64,000 nucleotides of DNA from Eledone cirrhosa (lineage: Eukaryota). Under the pieces are notes generated by a model. That model saw only the letters and a list, made by a program, of their open reading frames with translations. It searched no databases and was not told the origin of the DNA. Where the stretch lies: assembly GCA_964016885.1 (NCBI GenBank), contig CAXHJY010001327.1, positions 248,001-312,000 on the forward strand, read 5' to 3'. The translations under genes and the position numbers were made by a program. Shown in pieces: positions 30,901 through 48,900 of the stretch (within the stretch, counting starts at the first letter, position 1; the number at the start of each line of letters is the position of its first letter).

Positions 30901-33900
30901 ATATAGAACTAGTAATGACTGTTACAATGAAATATAAAACTAGTAATGACTTATAATGAAATATAGAATTAGTAATGACTGTTACAATGAAATATAAAAC
31001 TAGTAATGACTGTTACAATGAAATATTGAACAAGTAATGACTGTTACAATGAAATATAAAACTAGTAATGACTGTTACAACGAACTATAAAACTAGTAAT
31101 GACTGTTACAATGAAATATAGTACTAGAAATGACTGTTACAATGAATATAAAACTAGTAATGACTGTTACCATGAATATAAAACTAGTAATGACTTACCA
31201 TGAATATAAAACTAGTAATGACTGTTACAATGAAAAATAGTTCTAGTAATGACAGTTACAATGAAATATAGTTCTAGTAATGACTGTTATAATGAAATAT
31301 AGAACTGGTAATGACTGTTACAATGAAATATAGAACGAGTATTGACTGTGGCAATGAAATATAGAATTAGTAATGACTGTCACAATGAAATATAGTTCTA
31401 GTAATGACGGTTACAATGAAATATAGAACTAGTAATGACTGTTACAATGAAATATAGAACTAGTAATGACTGTTACAATGAAATATAGAACTAGTAATGA
31501 CTGTTACAATGAAATATACAACTATTAATGACTGTTACAATGAAATAATGAACTAGTGATGACTGTTACAATGAAATAATGAACTAGTCATGACTGTTAC
31601 AATGAAATATAAAACTAGTAATGACTGTTACAATGAAATATAGTACTAGTAATGACTGTTACAATGAATATAAAACTAGTAATGACTGTTACCATGAATA
31701 TAAAACTAGTAATGACTTACCATGAATATAAAACTAGTAATGACTGTTACAATGAAATAATGAACTAGTAATGACTGTTACAATGAAATATAAAACTAGT
31801 AATGACTGTTAAAATGAAATATAGTACTAGTAATGACTGTTACAATGAATATAAAACTAGTAATGACTGTTACCATGAATATAAAACTAGTAATGACTGT
31901 TACCATGAATATAAAACTAGTAATGACTGTTACAATGAAATATAGTTCTAGTAATGACTGTTACAATGAAATATAGAACTGGTAATGACTGTTACAATGA
32001 AATATAAAACTAGTAATGACTGTTACAATGAAATATAAAACTACTAATGACTTATAATGAAATATAGAATTAGTAATGACTGTTACAATGAAATATAAAA
32101 CTAGTAATGACTGTTACAATGAAATATTGAACTAGTAATGACTGTTACAATGAAATATAAAACAAGTAATGACTGTTACAATGAACTATAAAACTAGTAA
32201 TGACTGTTACAATGAAATATAGTACTAGTAATGACTGTTACAATGAATATAAAACTAGTAATGACTGTTACAATGAATATAAAACTAGTAATGACAGTTA
32301 CAATGAATATAAAACTAGTAATGACTGTTACAATGAAATATAGAACAAGTAATGACTGTTACAATGAAATATAGAACTAGTAATGACTGTTACATTGAAA
32401 TATAAAACTAGTAATGGCTATTACAATGAAATATAGAACTAGTAATGACTGTTACAATGAAATATAAAACTAGTAATGACTGTTACGATCAAATATAAAA
32501 CTAGTAATGACTGTTACAATCAAATATAAAACTAGTAATGACTTATTAGGAAATATAGAATTAGTAATGACTGTTACAATGAAATATAAAACTAGTAATG
32601 ACTGTTACAATGAAATATAGTACTAGTAATGACTGTTACAATGAATATAAAACTAGTAATGACTGTTACCATGAATATAAAACTAGTAATGACTGTCACC
32701 ATGAATATAAAACTAGTAATGACTGTTACAATGAAAAATAGTTCTAGTAATGACAGTTACAATGAAATATAGTTCTAGTAATGACTGTTATAATGAAATA
32801 TAGAACTGGTAATGACTGTTACAATGAAATATAGAACGAGTATTGACTGTGGCAATGAAATATAGAATTAGTAATGACTGTCACAATGAAATATAGTTCT
32901 AGTAATGACGGTTACAATGAAATATAGAACTAGTAATGACTGTTACAATGAAATATAGAACTAGTAATGACTGTTACAATGAAATATAGAACTAGTAATG
33001 ACTGTTACAATGAAATATACAACTATTAATGACTGTTACAATGAAATAATGAACTAGTGATGACTGTTACAATGAAATAATGAACTAGTCATGACTGTTA
33101 CAATGAAATATAAAACTAGTAATGACTGTTACAATGAAATATAGTACTAGTAATGACTGTTACAATGAATATAAAACTAGTAATGACTGTTACCATGAAT
33201 ATAAAACTAGTAATGACTTACCATGAATATAAAACTAGTAATGACTGTTACAATGAAATAATGAACTAGTAATGACTGTTACAATGAAATATAAAACTAG
33301 TAATGACTGTTACAATGAAATATAGTACTAGTAATGACTGTTACAATGAATATAAAACTAGTAATGACTGTTACCATGAATATAAAACTAGTAATGACTG
33401 TTACCATGAATATAAAACTAGTAATGACTGTTACAATGAAATATAGTTCTAGTAATGACTGTTACAATGAAATATAGAACTGGTAATGACTGTTACAATG
33501 AAATATAAAACTAGTAATGACTGTTACAATGAAATATAAAACTACTAACGACTTATAATGAAATATAGAATTAGTAATGACTGTTACAATGAAATATAAA
33601 ACTAGTAATGACTGTTACAATGAAATATTGAACTAGTAATGACTGTTACAATGAAATATAAAACAAGTAATGACTGTTACAATGAACTATAAAACTAGTA
33701 ATGACTGTTACAATGAAATATAGTACTAGTAATGACTGTTACAATAAATATAAAACTAGTAAGGACTGTTACAATGAATATAAAACTAGTAATGACTGTT
33801 ACAATGAATATAAAACTAGTAATGACTGTTACAATGAAATATAGAACAAGTAATGACTGTTACAATGAAATATAGAACTAGTAATGACTGTTACATTGAA

Positions 33901-36900
33901 ATATAAAACTAGTAATGGCTATTACAATGAAATATAGAACTAGTAATGACTGTTACAATGAAATATAAAACTAGTAATGACTGTTACGATCAAATATAAA
34001 ACTAGTAATGACTGTTACAATCAAATATAAAACTAGTAATGACTTATTAGGAAATATAGAATTAGTAATGACTGTTACAATGAAATATAAAACTAGTAAT
34101 GACTGTTACAATGAAATAATGAACTAGTAATGACTGTTACAATGAAATATAAAACTAGTAATGACTGTTACAATGAAATATAGTACTAGTAATGACTGTT
34201 ACAATGAATATAAAACTAGTAATGACTGTTACCATGAATATAAAACTAGTAATGACTGTGACCATGAATATAAAACTAGTAATGACTGTTACAATGAAAT
34301 AATGAACTAGTAATGACTGTTACAATGAAATATAAAACCAGTAATGACTGTTACCATGAATATAAAACTAGTAATGACTGTTACCATGAATATAAAACTA
34401 GTAATGACTGTTACAATGAAATATAGTTCTAGTAATGACTGTTACAATGAAATATAGAACTGGCAATGACTGTTACAATGAAATATAAAACTAGTAATGA
34501 CTGTTACAATGAAATATAAAACTAGTAATGACTGTTACAATGAAATATAAAACTAATAATGACTTATAATGAAATATAGAATTAGTAATGACTGTTACAA
34601 TGAAATATAAAACTAGTAATGACTGTTACAATGAAATATAAAACTAGTAATAACTGTTACAATGAACTATAAAACTAGTAATGACCGTTACAATGAACTA
34701 TAAAACTAGTAATGACTGTTACAATGAAATATAGTACTAGAAATGACTGTTACAATGAATATAAAACTAGAAATGACTGTTACCATGAATATAAAACTAG
34801 TAATGACTTACCATGAATATAAAACTAGTAATGACTGTTACAATGAAATATAGTTCTAGTAATGACTGTTACAATGAAATATAGTTCTAGTAATGACTGT
34901 TACAATGAAATATAGAACTGGTAATGACTGTTACCATGAATATGAAACTAGTAATGACTGTTACAATGAATATAAAACTAGTAATGACTGTTACAATGAA
35001 TATAAAACTAGTAATGACTGTTATAATGAAATATAGAACTAGTAATGACTGTTACAATGAAATATAGAACTAGTAATGACTGTTACAATGAAATATAGAA
35101 CTAGTAATGACTGTTACAATGAAATATAGAACTAGTAATGACTGTTACATTGAAATATAAAACTAGTAATGGCTATTACAATGAAATATAGAACTAGTAA
35201 TGACTGTTACATTGAAATATAAAACTAGTAATGGCTTTTACAATGAAATATAGAACTTGTAATGACTGTTACAATGAAATATAGTACTAGAAATGACTGT
35301 TACAATGAATATAAAACTAGTAATGACTGTTACCATGAATATAAAACTAGTAATGACTGTTACCATGAATATAAAACTAGTAATGACTTATAATGAAATA
35401 TAGAATTAGTAATGACTGTTACAATGAAATATAAAACTAGTAATGACTGTTACAATGAAATATTGAACAAGTAATGACTGTTACAATGAAATATAAAACT
35501 AGTAATGACTGTTACAACGAACTATAAAACTAGTAATGACTGTTACAATGAAATATAGTACTAGAAATGACTGTTACAATGAATATAAAACTAGTAATGA
35601 CTGTTACCATGAATATAAAACTAGTAATGACTTACCATGAATATAAAACTAGTAATGACTGTTACAATGAAAAATAGTTCTAGTAATGACTGTTACAATG
35701 AAATATAGTTCTAGTAATGACTGTTATAATGAAATATAGAACTGGTAATGACTGTTACAATGAAATATAGAACGAGTATTGACTGTGGCAATGAAATATA
35801 GAATTAGTAATGACTGTCACAATGAAATATAGTTCTAGTAATGACGGTTACAATGAAATATAGAACTAGTAATGACTGTTACAATGAAATATAGAACTAG
35901 TAATGACTGTTACAATGAAATATAGAACTAGTAATGACTGTTACAATGAAATATACAACTATTAATGACTGTTACAATGAAATAATGAACTAGTGATGAC
36001 TGTTACAATGAAATAATGAACTAGTCATGACTGTTACAATGAAATATAAAACTAGTAATGACTGTTACAATGAAATATAGTACTAGTAATGACTGTTACA
36101 ATGAATATAAAACTAGTAATGACTGTTACCATGAATATAAAACTAGTAATGACTTACCATGAATATAAAACTAGTAATGACTGTTACAATGAAATATAGT
36201 TCTAGTAATGACTGTTACAATGAAATATAGAACTGGTAATGACTGTTACAATGAAATATAAAACTAGTAATGACTGTTACAATGAAATATAAAACTACTA
36301 ATGACTTATAATGAAATATAGAATTAGTAATGACTGTTACAATGAAATATAAAACTAGTAATGACTGTTACAATGAAATATTGAACTAGTAATGACTGTT
36401 ACAATGAAATATAAAACTAGTAATGACTGTTACAATGAACTATAAAACTAGTAATGACTGTTACAATGAAATATAGTACTAGTAATGACTGTTACAATGA
36501 ATATAAAACTAGTAATGACTGTTACAATGAATATAAAACTAGTAATGACTATTATAATGAAATATAGAACAAGTAATGACTGTTACAATGAAATATAGAA
36601 CTAGTAATGACTGTTACATTGAAATATAAAACTAGTAATGGCTATTACAATGAAATATAGAACTAGTAATGACTGTTACAATGAAATATAGAACTAGTAA
36701 TGACTGTTACAATCAAATATAAAACTAGTAATGACTGTTACAATCAAATATAAAACTAGTAATGACTTATAATGAAATATAGAATTAGTAATGACTGTTA
36801 CAATGAAATATAAAACTAGTAATGACTGTTACAATGAAATAATGAACTAGTAATGACTGTTACAATGAAATATAAAACTAGTAATGACTGTTACAATGAA

Positions 36901-39900
36901 ATATAGTACTAGTAATGACTGTTACAATGAATATAAAACTAGTAATGACTGTTACCATGAATATAAAACTAGTAATGACTGTGACCATGAATATAAAACT
37001 AGTAATGACTGTGACCATGAATATAAAACTAGTAATGACTGTTACAATGAAATATAAAACCAGTAATGACTTACCATGAATATAAAACTAGTAATGACTG
37101 TTACCATGAATATAAAACTAGTAATGACTGTTACAATGAAATATAGTTCTAGTAATGACTGTTACAATGAAATATAGAACTGGTAATGACTGTTACAATG
37201 AAATATAAAACTAGTAATGACTGTTACAATGAAATATAAAACTAATAATGACTTATAATGAAATATAGAATTAGTAATGACAGTTACAATGAAATATAAA
37301 ACTAGTAATGACTGTTACAATGAAATATAAAACTAGTAATGACTGTTACAATGAACTATAAAACTAGTAATGACTGTTACAATGAACTATAAAACTAGTA
37401 ATGACTGTTACAATGAAATATAGTACTAGAAATGACTGTTACAATGAATATAAAACTAGTAATGACTGTTACCATGAATATAAAACTAGTAATGACTTAC
37501 AATGAAATATAGTTCTAGTAATGACTGTTACAATGAAATATAGTTCTAGTAATGACTGTTACAATGAAATATAGTTCTAGTAATGACTGTTACAATGAAA
37601 TATAGTTCTAGTAATGACTGTTACAATGAAATATAGATCTACTAATGACTGTTACAATGAAATATAGAACTAGTATTGACTGCGACAATGAAATATAGAA
37701 TTAGTAATGACTGTCACAATGAAATATAGTTCTAGTAATGACTGTTACAATGAAATATAGAACTAGTAATGACTGTTACAATGAAATATACAACTAGTAA
37801 TGACTGTTACAATGAAATATAGAACAAGTAATGACTGTTACAATGAAATATAGAACTAGTAATGACTGTTACAATGAAAAATAGAATTAGGAATGACTGT
37901 CACAATGAAATATAGAACTAGTAATGACTGTTACAATGAAATATAGAACTAGTAATGACTGTTACAATGAAATATAGAACTAGTAATGACTGTTACATTG
38001 AAATATAAAACTAGTAATGGCTATTACAATGAAATATAGAACTAGTAATGGCTATTACAATGAAATATAGAACTAGTAATGACTGTTACATTGAAATATA
38101 AAACAAGTAATGGCTTTTACAATGAAATATAGAACTAGTAATGACTTATAATGAAGTATAGAATTAGTAATGACTGTTACAATGAATATAAAACTAGTAA
38201 TGACTGTTACCATGAATATAAAACTAGTAATGACTGTTACAATGAATATAAAACTAGTAATGACTGTTACAATGAATATAAAACTAGTAATGACTGTTAC
38301 AATGAATATAAAACTAGTAATGACTGTTATAATGAAACATAGAACTAGTAATGACTGTTATAATGAAATATAGAACTAGTAATGACTGTTACAATGAAAT
38401 ATAGAACTAGTAATGACTGTTACAATGAAATATAGAACTAGTAATGACTGTTACAATGAAATATAGAACTAGTAATGACTGTTACATTGAAATATAAAAC
38501 TAGTAATGGCTATTACAATGAAATATAGAACTAGTAATGACTGTTACATTGAAATATAAAACTAGTAATGGCGTTTACAATGAAATATAGAACTAGTAAT
38601 GACTGTTACAATGAAATATAAAACTAGTAATGACTTATAATGAAATATAGAATTAGTAATGACTGTTACAATGAAATATAAAACTAGTAATGACTGTTAC
38701 AATGAAATATTGAACAAGTAATGACTGTTACAATGAAATATAAAACTAGTAATGACTGTTACAACGAACTATAAAACTAGTAATGACTGTTACAATGAAA
38801 TATAGTACTAGAAATGACTGTTACAATGAATATAAAACTAGTAATGACTGTTACCATGAATATAAAACTAGTAATGACTTACCATGAATATAAAACTAGT
38901 AATGACTGTTACAATGAAAAATAGTTCTAGTAATGACAGTTACAATGAAATATAGTTCTAGTAATGACTGTTATAATGAAATATAGAACTGGTAATGACT
39001 GTTACAATGAAATATAGAACGAGTATTGACTGTGGCAATGAAATATAGAATTAGTAATGACTGTCACAATGAAATATAGTTCTAGTAATGACGGTTACAA
39101 TGAAATATAGAACTAGTAATGACTGTTACAATGAAATATAGAACTAGTAATGACTGTTACAATGAAATATAGAACTAGTAATGACTGTTACAATGAAATA
39201 TACAACTATTAATGACTGTTACAATGAAATAATGAACTAGTGATGACTGTTACAATGAAATAATGAACTAGTCATGACTGTTACAATGAAATATAAAACT
39301 AGTAATGACTGTTACAATGAAATATAGTACTAGTAATGACTGTTACAATGAATATAAAACTAGTAATGACTGTTACCATGAATATAAAACTAGTAATGAC
39401 TTACCATGAATATAAAACTAGTAATGACTGTTACAATGAAATAATGAACTAGTAATGACTGTTACAATGAAATATAAAACTAGTAATGACTGTTACAATG
39501 AAATATAGTACTAGTAATGACTGTTACAATGAATATAAAACTAGTAATGACTGTTACCATGAATATAAAACTAGTAATGACTGTTACCATGAATATAAAA
39601 CTAGTAATGACTGTTACAATGAAATATAGTTCTAGTAATGACTGTTACAATGAAATATAGAACTGGTAATGACTGTTACAATGAAATATAAAACTAGTAA
39701 TGACTGTTACAATGAAATATAAAACTACTAATGACTTATAATGAAATATAGAATTAGTAATGACTGTTACAATGAAATATAAAACTAGTAATGACTGTTA
39801 CAATGAAATATTGAACTAGTAATGACTGTTACAATGAAATATAAAACAAGTAATGACTGTTACAATGAACTATAAAACTAGTAATGACTGTTACAATGAA

Positions 39901-42900
39901 ATATAGTACTAGTAATGACTGTTACAATGAATATAAAACTAGTAATGACTGTTACAATGAATATAAAACTAGTAATGACTGTTACAATGAATATAAAACT
40001 AGTAATGACTGTTACAATGAAATATAGAACAAGTAATGACTGTTACAATGAAATATAGAACTAGTAATGACTGTTACATTGAAATATAAAACTAGTAATG
40101 GCTATTACAATGAAATATAGAACTAGTAATGACTGTTACAATGAAATATAAAACTAGTAATGACTGTTACGATCAAATATAAAACTAGTAATGACTGTTA
40201 CAATCAAATATAAAACTAGTAATGACTTATTAGGAAATATAGAATTAGTAATGACTGTTACAATGAAATATAAAACTAGTAATGACTGTTACAATGAAAT
40301 ATAGTACTAGTAATGACTGTTACAATGAATATAAAACTAGTAATGACTGTTACCATGAATATAAAACTAGTAATGACTGTCACCATGAATATAAAACTAG
40401 TAATGACTGTTACAATGAAATAATGAACTAGTAATGACTGTTACAATGAAATATAAAACCAGTAATGACTGTTACCATGAATATAAAACTAGTAATGACT
40501 GTTACCATGAATATAAAACTAGTAATGACTGTTACAATGAAATATAGTTCTAGTAATGACTGTTACAATGAAATATAGAACTGGCAATGACTGTTACAAT
40601 GAAATATAAAACTAGTAATGACTGTTACAATGAAATATAAAACTAGTAATGACTGTTACAATGAAATATAAAACTAATAATGACTTATAATGAAATATAG
40701 AATTAGTAATGACTGTTACAATGAAATATAAAACTAGTAATGACTGTTACAATGAAATATAAAACTAGTAATAACTGTTACAATGAACTATAAAACTAGT
40801 AATGACCGTTACAATGAACTATAAAACTAGTAATGACTGTTACAATGAAATATAGTACTAGAAATGACTGTTACAATGAATATAAAACTAGAAATGACTG
40901 TTACCATGAATATAAAACTAGTAATGACTTACCATGAATATAAAACTAGTAATGACTGTTACAATGAAATATAGTTCTAGTAATGACTGTTACAATGAAA
41001 TATAGTTCTAGTAATGACTGTTACAATGAAATATAGAACTGGTAATGACTGTTACCATGAATATGAAACTAGTAATGACTGTTACAATGAATATAAAACT
41101 AGTAATGACTGTTACAATGAATATAAAACTAGTAATGACTGTTATAATGAAATATAGAACTAGTAATGACTGTTACAATGAAATATAGAACTAGTAATGA
41201 CTGTTACAATGAAATATAGAACTAGTAATGACTGTTACAATGAAATATAGAACTAGTAATGACTGTTACATTGAAATATAAAACTAGTAATGGCTATTAC
41301 AATGAAATATAGAACTAGTAATGACTGTTACATTGAAATATAAAACTAGTAATGGCTTTTACAATGAAATATAGAACTTGTAATGACTGTTACAATGAAA
41401 TATAGTACTAGAAATGACTGTTACAATGAATATAAAACTAGTAATGACTGTTACCATGAATATAAAACTAGTAATGACTTATAATGAAATATAGAATTAG
41501 TAATGACTGTTACAATGAAATATAAAACTAGTAATGACTGTTACAATGAAATATTGAACAAGTAATGACTGTTACAATGAAATATAAAACTAGTAATGAC
41601 TGTTACAACGAACTATAAAACTAGTAATGACTGTTACAATGAAATATAGTACTAGAAATGACTGTTACAATGAATATAAAACTAGTAATGACTGTTACCA
41701 TGAATATAAAACTAGTAATGACTTACCATGAATATAAAACTAGTAATGACTGTTACAATGAAAAATAGTTCTAGTAATGACTGTTACAATGAAATATAGT
41801 TCTAGTAATGACTGTTATAATGAAATATAGAACTGGTAATGACTGTTACAATGAAATATAGAACGAGTATTGACTGTGGCAATGAAATATAGAATTAGTA
41901 ATGACTGTCACAATGAAATATAGTTCTAGTAATGACGGTTACAATGAAATATAGAACTAGTAATGACTGTTACAATGAAATATAGAACTAGTAATGACTG
42001 TTACAATGAAATATAGAACTAGTAATGACTGTTACAATGAAATATACAACTATTAATGACTGTTACAATGAAATAATGAACTAGTGATGACTGTTACAAT
42101 GAAATAATGAACTAGTCATGACTGTTACAATGAAATATAAAACTAGTAATGACTGTTACAATGAAATATAGTACTAGTAATGACTGTTACAATGAATATA
42201 AAACTAGTAATGACTGTTACCATGAATATAAAACTAGTAATGACTTACCATGAATATAAAACTAGTAATGACTGTTACAATGAAATATAGTTCTAGTAAT
42301 GACTGTTACAATGAAATATAGAACTGGTAATGACTGTTACAATGAAATATAAAACTAGTAATGACTGTTACAATGAAATATAAAACTACTAATGACTTAT
42401 AATGAAATATAGAATTAGTAATGACTGTTACAATGAAATATAAAACTAGTAATGACTGTTACAATGAAATATTGAACTAGTAATGACTGTTACAATGAAA
42501 TATAAAACTAGTAATGACTGTTACAATGAACTATAAAACTAGTAATGACTGTTACAATGAAATATAGTACTAGTAATGACTGTTACAATGAATATAAAAC
42601 TAGTAATGACTGTTACAATGAATATAAAACTAGTAATGACTATTATAATGAAATATAGAACAAGTAATGACTGTTACAATGAAATATAGAACTAGTAATG
42701 ACTGTTACATTGAAATATAAAACTAGTAATGGCTATTACAATGAAATATAGAACTAGTAATGACTGTTACAATGAAATATAGAACTAGTAATGACTGTTA
42801 CAATCAAATATAAAACTAGTAATGACTGTTACAATCAAATATAAAACTAGTAATGACTTATAATGAAATATAGAATTAGTAATGACTGTTACAATGAAAT

Positions 42901-45900
42901 ATAAAACTAGTAATGACTGTTACAATGAAATAATGAACTAGTAATGACTGTTACAATGAAATATAAAACTAGTAATGACTGTTACAATGAAATATAGTAC
43001 TAGTAATGACTGTTACAATGAATATAAAACTAGTAATGACTGTTACCATGAATATAAAACTAGTAATGACTGTGACCATGAATATAAAACTAGTAATGAC
43101 TGTGACCATGAATATAAAACTAGTAATGACTGTTACAATGAAATATAAAACCAGTAATGACTTACCATGAATATAAAACTAGTAATGACTGTTACCATGA
43201 ATATAAAACTAGTAATGACTGTTACAATGAAATATAGTTCTAGTAATGACTGTTACAATGAAATATAGAACTGGTAATGACTGTTACAATGAAATATAAA
43301 ACTAGTAATGACTGTTACAATGAAATATAAAACTAATAATGACTTATAATGAAATATAGAATTAGTAATGACTGTTACAATGAAATATAAAACTAGTAAT
43401 GACTGTTACAATGAAATATAAAACTAGTAATGACTGTTACAATGAACTATAAAACTAGTAATGACTGTTACAATGAACTATAAAACTAGTAATGACTGTT
43501 ACAATGAAATATAGTACTAGAAATGACTGTTACAATGAATATAAAACTAGTAATGACTGTTACCATGAATATAAAACTAGTAATGACTTACCATGAATAT
43601 AAAACTAGTAATGACTGTTACAATGAAATATAGTTCTAGTAATGACTGTTACAATGAAATATAGTTCTAGTAATGACTGTTACAATGAAATATAGTTCTA
43701 GTAATGACTGTTACAATGAAATATAGATCTACTAATGACTGTTACAATGAAATATAGAACTAGTATTGACTGCGACAATGAAATATAGAATTAGTAATGA
43801 CTGTCACAATGAAATATAGTTCTAGTAATGACTGTTACAATGAAATATAGAACTAGTAATGACTGTTACAATGAAATATACAACTAGTAATGACTGTTAC
43901 AATGAAATATAGAACAAGTAATGACTGTTACAATGAAATATAGAACTAGTAATGACTGTTACAATGAAAAATAGAATTAGGAATGACTGTCACAATGAAA
44001 TATAGAACTAGTAATGACTGTTACAATGAAATATAGAACTAGTAATGACTGTTACAATGAAATATAGAACTAGTAATGACTGTTACATTGAAATATAAAA
44101 CTAGTAATGGCTATTACAATGAAATATAGAACTAGTAATGGCTATTACAATGAAATATAGAACTAGTAATGACTGTTACATTGAAATATAAAACTAGTAA
44201 TGGCTTTTACAATGAAATATAGAACTAGTAATGACTTATAATGAAGTATAGAATTAGTAATGACTGTTACAATGAATATAAAACTAGTAATGACTGTTAC
44301 CATGAATATAAAACTAGTAATGACTGTTACAATGAATATAAAGCTAGTAATGACTGTTACAATGAATATAAAACTAGTAATGACTGTTACAATGAATATA
44401 AAACTAGTAATGACTGTTATAATGAAACATAGAACTAGTAATGACTGTTATAATGAAATATAGAACTAGTAATGACTGTTACAATGAAATATAGAACTAG
44501 TAATGACTGTTACAATGAAATATAGAACTAGTAATGACTGTTACAATGAAATATAGAACTAGTAATGACTGTTACATTGAAATATAAAACTAGTAATGGC
44601 TATTACAATGAAATATAGAACTAGTAATGACTGTTACATTGAAATATAAAACTAGTAATGGCGTTTACAATGAAATATAGAACTAGTAATGACTGTTACA
44701 ATGAAATATAAAACTAGTAATGACTGTTACAATGAAATATAAAACTAGTAATGACTTATAATGAAATATAGAATTAGTAATGACTGTTACAATGAAATAT
44801 AAAACTAGTAATGACTGTTACAATGAAATATTGAACAAGTAATGACTGTTACAATGAAATATAAAACTAGTAATGACTGTTACAACGAACTATAAAACTA
44901 GTAATGACTGTTACAATTAAATATAGTACTAGAAATGACTGTTACAATGAATATAAAACTAGTAATGACTGTTACCATGAATATAAAACTAGTAATGACT
45001 TACCATGAATATAAAACTAGTAATGACTGTTACAATGAAAAATAGTTCTAGTAATGACTGTTACGATGAAATATAGTTCTAGTAATGACTGTTATAATGA
45101 AATATAGAACTGGTAATGACTGTTACAATGAAATATAGAACTGGTAATGACTGTTACAATGAAATATAGAACTAGTATTGACTGTGACAATGAAATATAG
45201 AATTAGTAATGACTGTTACAATTAAATAAAGAACTAGTAATGACTGTTACAATGAAATATAAAACTAGTAATGACTGTTACAATGAAATATAGAACTAGT
45301 AATGACTGTTACAATGAAATATAGAACTACTAATGACTGTTACAATGAAATATAGAACTAGTAATGACTGAAATATAGAACTAGTAATGACTGTTATAAT
45401 GAAATATAAAACTAGTAATGACTGTTTCAATGAAAAATAAAACAAGTAATGACTGTTTCAATGAAAAATAGAACTAGTAATGACTGTTACAATGAAATAT
45501 AGAACTAGTAATGACTGTTACAATGAATATAAAACTAGTAATGACTGTTACAATGAAATATAGAACTAACAGTGACTGTGACAATGAAATATAGAACTAG
45601 TAATGACTGTTACAATTAAATATAGAACTAGTAATGACTGTTACAGTGAATATAAAACTAGTAATGACTGTTATGATGAATATAAAACTAGTAATGACTG
45701 TTACAATGAAATATAAAACTAGTAATGACTGTTACAATGAAATATAAAATTAGTAATGACTGTTACAATGAAATATAAAACTAGTAATGACTGTTACAAT
45801 GAAATATAAAACTAGTAATGACTGTTACAATGAAATATAAAACTAGTAATGACTGTTACAATGAAATATAAAACTAGTAATGACTGTTACGATGAATATA

Positions 45901-48900
45901 AAACTAGTAATGACTGTTACAATGAAATATAAAACTAGTACTGACTGTTACAATGAAATATAAAACTAGTAATGACTGTTACAATGAAATATAAAACTAG
46001 TAATGACTGTTACAATGAATATAAAACTAGTAATGACTGTTACAAGGAATATAAAACTAGTAATAACTGTTATAATGAAATATAGAACTAGTAATGACTG
46101 TTTCAATGAAATATAGAACTAGTAATGACTGTTAAAATGAAATATAGAAGTAGTAATGACTGTTAAAATGAAATATAGAACTAGTAATGGCTGTTACAAT
46201 AAAATATAGAACTAGTAATGACTGTTACAATGAAATATAAAACTAGTAGTGACTGTTACATTGAAATATAAAACTAGTAATGGCTATTACAATGAAATAT
46301 AGAACTATTAATGACTGTTACAATGAAATATAAAACTAGTAATGAGTTATAATGAAATACAGAATTAGTAATGACTGTTACAATGAAATATAGAACTAGT
46401 AATGACTGTTACAATGAAATAATGAACTAGTAATGATTGTTACAATGAAATATTAAACTAGTAATGACTGTTACAATGAAATAGAATACTAGTAATGACT
46501 GTTACAATGAATATAAAACTAGTAATGACTGTTACCATGAATATAAAACTAGTAATGAGTTATGATTATAAAACTAGTAATGACTGTTATAATGAAATAT
46601 AGAACTAGTAATGACTATTACAATGAAATATAGAACTAGTAATGACTGTTACATTGAAATATAAAACTAGTAATGACTGTTATAATAAAATATAGAACTG
46701 GTAATGACTGTTACAATGAAATATAAAACTAGTAATGACTGTTACAATGAAATAGAGAACTAGTAATGACTGTTACAATGAATATAAAACTAGTAATGAC
46801 TGTTACATTGAAATATAAAACTAGTAATGACTGTTACAATGAAATATTGAACAAGTAATGACTGTTACAATGAAATATAAAACTAGTAATGACTGTTACA
46901 ACGAACTATAAAACTAGTAATGACTGTTACAATGAAATATAGTACTAGAAATGACTGTTACAATGAATATAAAACTAGTAATGACTGTTACAATGAATAT
47001 AAAACTAGTAATGACTTACCATGAATATAAAACTAGTAATGACTGTTACAATGAAAAATAGTTCTAGTAATTACTGTTACAATGAAATATAGTTCTAGTA
47101 ATGACTGTTATAATGAAATATAGAACTGGTAATGACTGTTACAATGAAATATAGAACGAGTATTGACTGTGGCAATGAAATATAGAATTAGTAATGACTG
47201 TCACAATGAAATATAGTTCTAGTAATGACGGTTACAATGAAATATAGAACTAGTAATGACTGTTACAATGAAATATAGAACTAGTAATGACTGTTACAAT
47301 GAAATATAGAACTAGTAATGACTGTTACAATGAAATATACAACTATTAATGACTGTTACAATGAAATAATGAACTAGTGATGACTGTTACAATGAAATAA
47401 TGAACTAGTCATGACTGTTACAATGAAATATAAAACTAGTAATGACTGTTACAATGAAATATAGTACTAGTAATGACTGTTACAATGAATATAAAACTAG
47501 TAATGACTGTTACCATGAATATAAAACTAGTAATGACTTACCATGAATATAAAACTAGTAATGACTGTTACAATGAAATATAGTTCTAGTAATGACTGTT
47601 ACAATGAAATATAGAACTGGTAATGACTGTTACAATGAAATATAAAACTAGTAATGACTGTTACAATGAAATATAAAACTACTAATGACTTATAATGAAA
47701 TATAGAATTAGTAATGACTGTTACAATGAAATATAAAACTAGTAATGACTGTTACAATGAAATATTGAACTAGTAATGACTGTTACAATGAAATATAAAA
47801 CTAGTAATGACTGTTACAATGAACTATAAAACTAGTAATGACTGTTACAATGAAATATAGTACTAGTAATGACTGTTACAATGAATATAAAACTAGTAAT
47901 GACTGTTACAATGAATATAAAACTAGTAATGACTATTATAATGAAATATAGAACAAGTAATGACTGTTACAATGAAATATAGAACTAGAAATGACTGTTA
48001 CATTGAAATATAAAACTAATAATGGCTATTACAATGAAATATAGAACTAGTAATGACTGTTCCAATGAAATATAGAACTAGTAATGACTGTTACAATCAA
48101 ATATAAAACTAGTAATGACTGTTACAATCAAATATAAAACTAGTAATGACTTATAATGAAATATAGAATTAGTAATGACTGTTACAATGAAATATAAAAC
48201 TAGTAATGACTGTTACAATGAAATAATGAACTAGTAATGACTGTTACAATGAAATATAAAACTAGTAATGACTGTTACAATGAAATATAGTACTAGTAAT
48301 GACTGTTACAATTAATATAAAACTAGTAATGACTGTTACCATGAATATAAAACTAGTAATGACTGTGACCATGAATATAAAACTAGTAATGACTGTGACC
48401 ATGAATATAAAACTAGTAATGACTGTTACAATGAAATATAAAACCAGTAATGACTTACCATGAATATAAAACTAGTAATGACTGTTACCATGAATATAAA
48501 ACTAGTAATGACTGTTACCATGAATATAAAACTAGTAATGACTGTTACAATGAAATATAGTTCTAGTAATGACTGTTACAATGAAATATAGAACTGGTAA
48601 TGACTGTTACAATGAAATATAAAACTAGTAATGACTGTTACAATGAAATATAAAACTAATAATGACTTATAATGAAATATAGAATTAGTAATGACTGTTA
48701 CAATGAAATATAAAACTAGTAATGACTGTTACAATGAAATATAAAACTAGTAATGACTGTTACAATGAACTATAAAACTAGTAATGACTGTTACAATGAA
48801 CTATAAAACTAGTAATGACTGTTACAATGAAATATAGTACTAGAAATGACTGTTACAATGAATATAAAACTAGTAATGACTGTTACCATGAATATAAAAC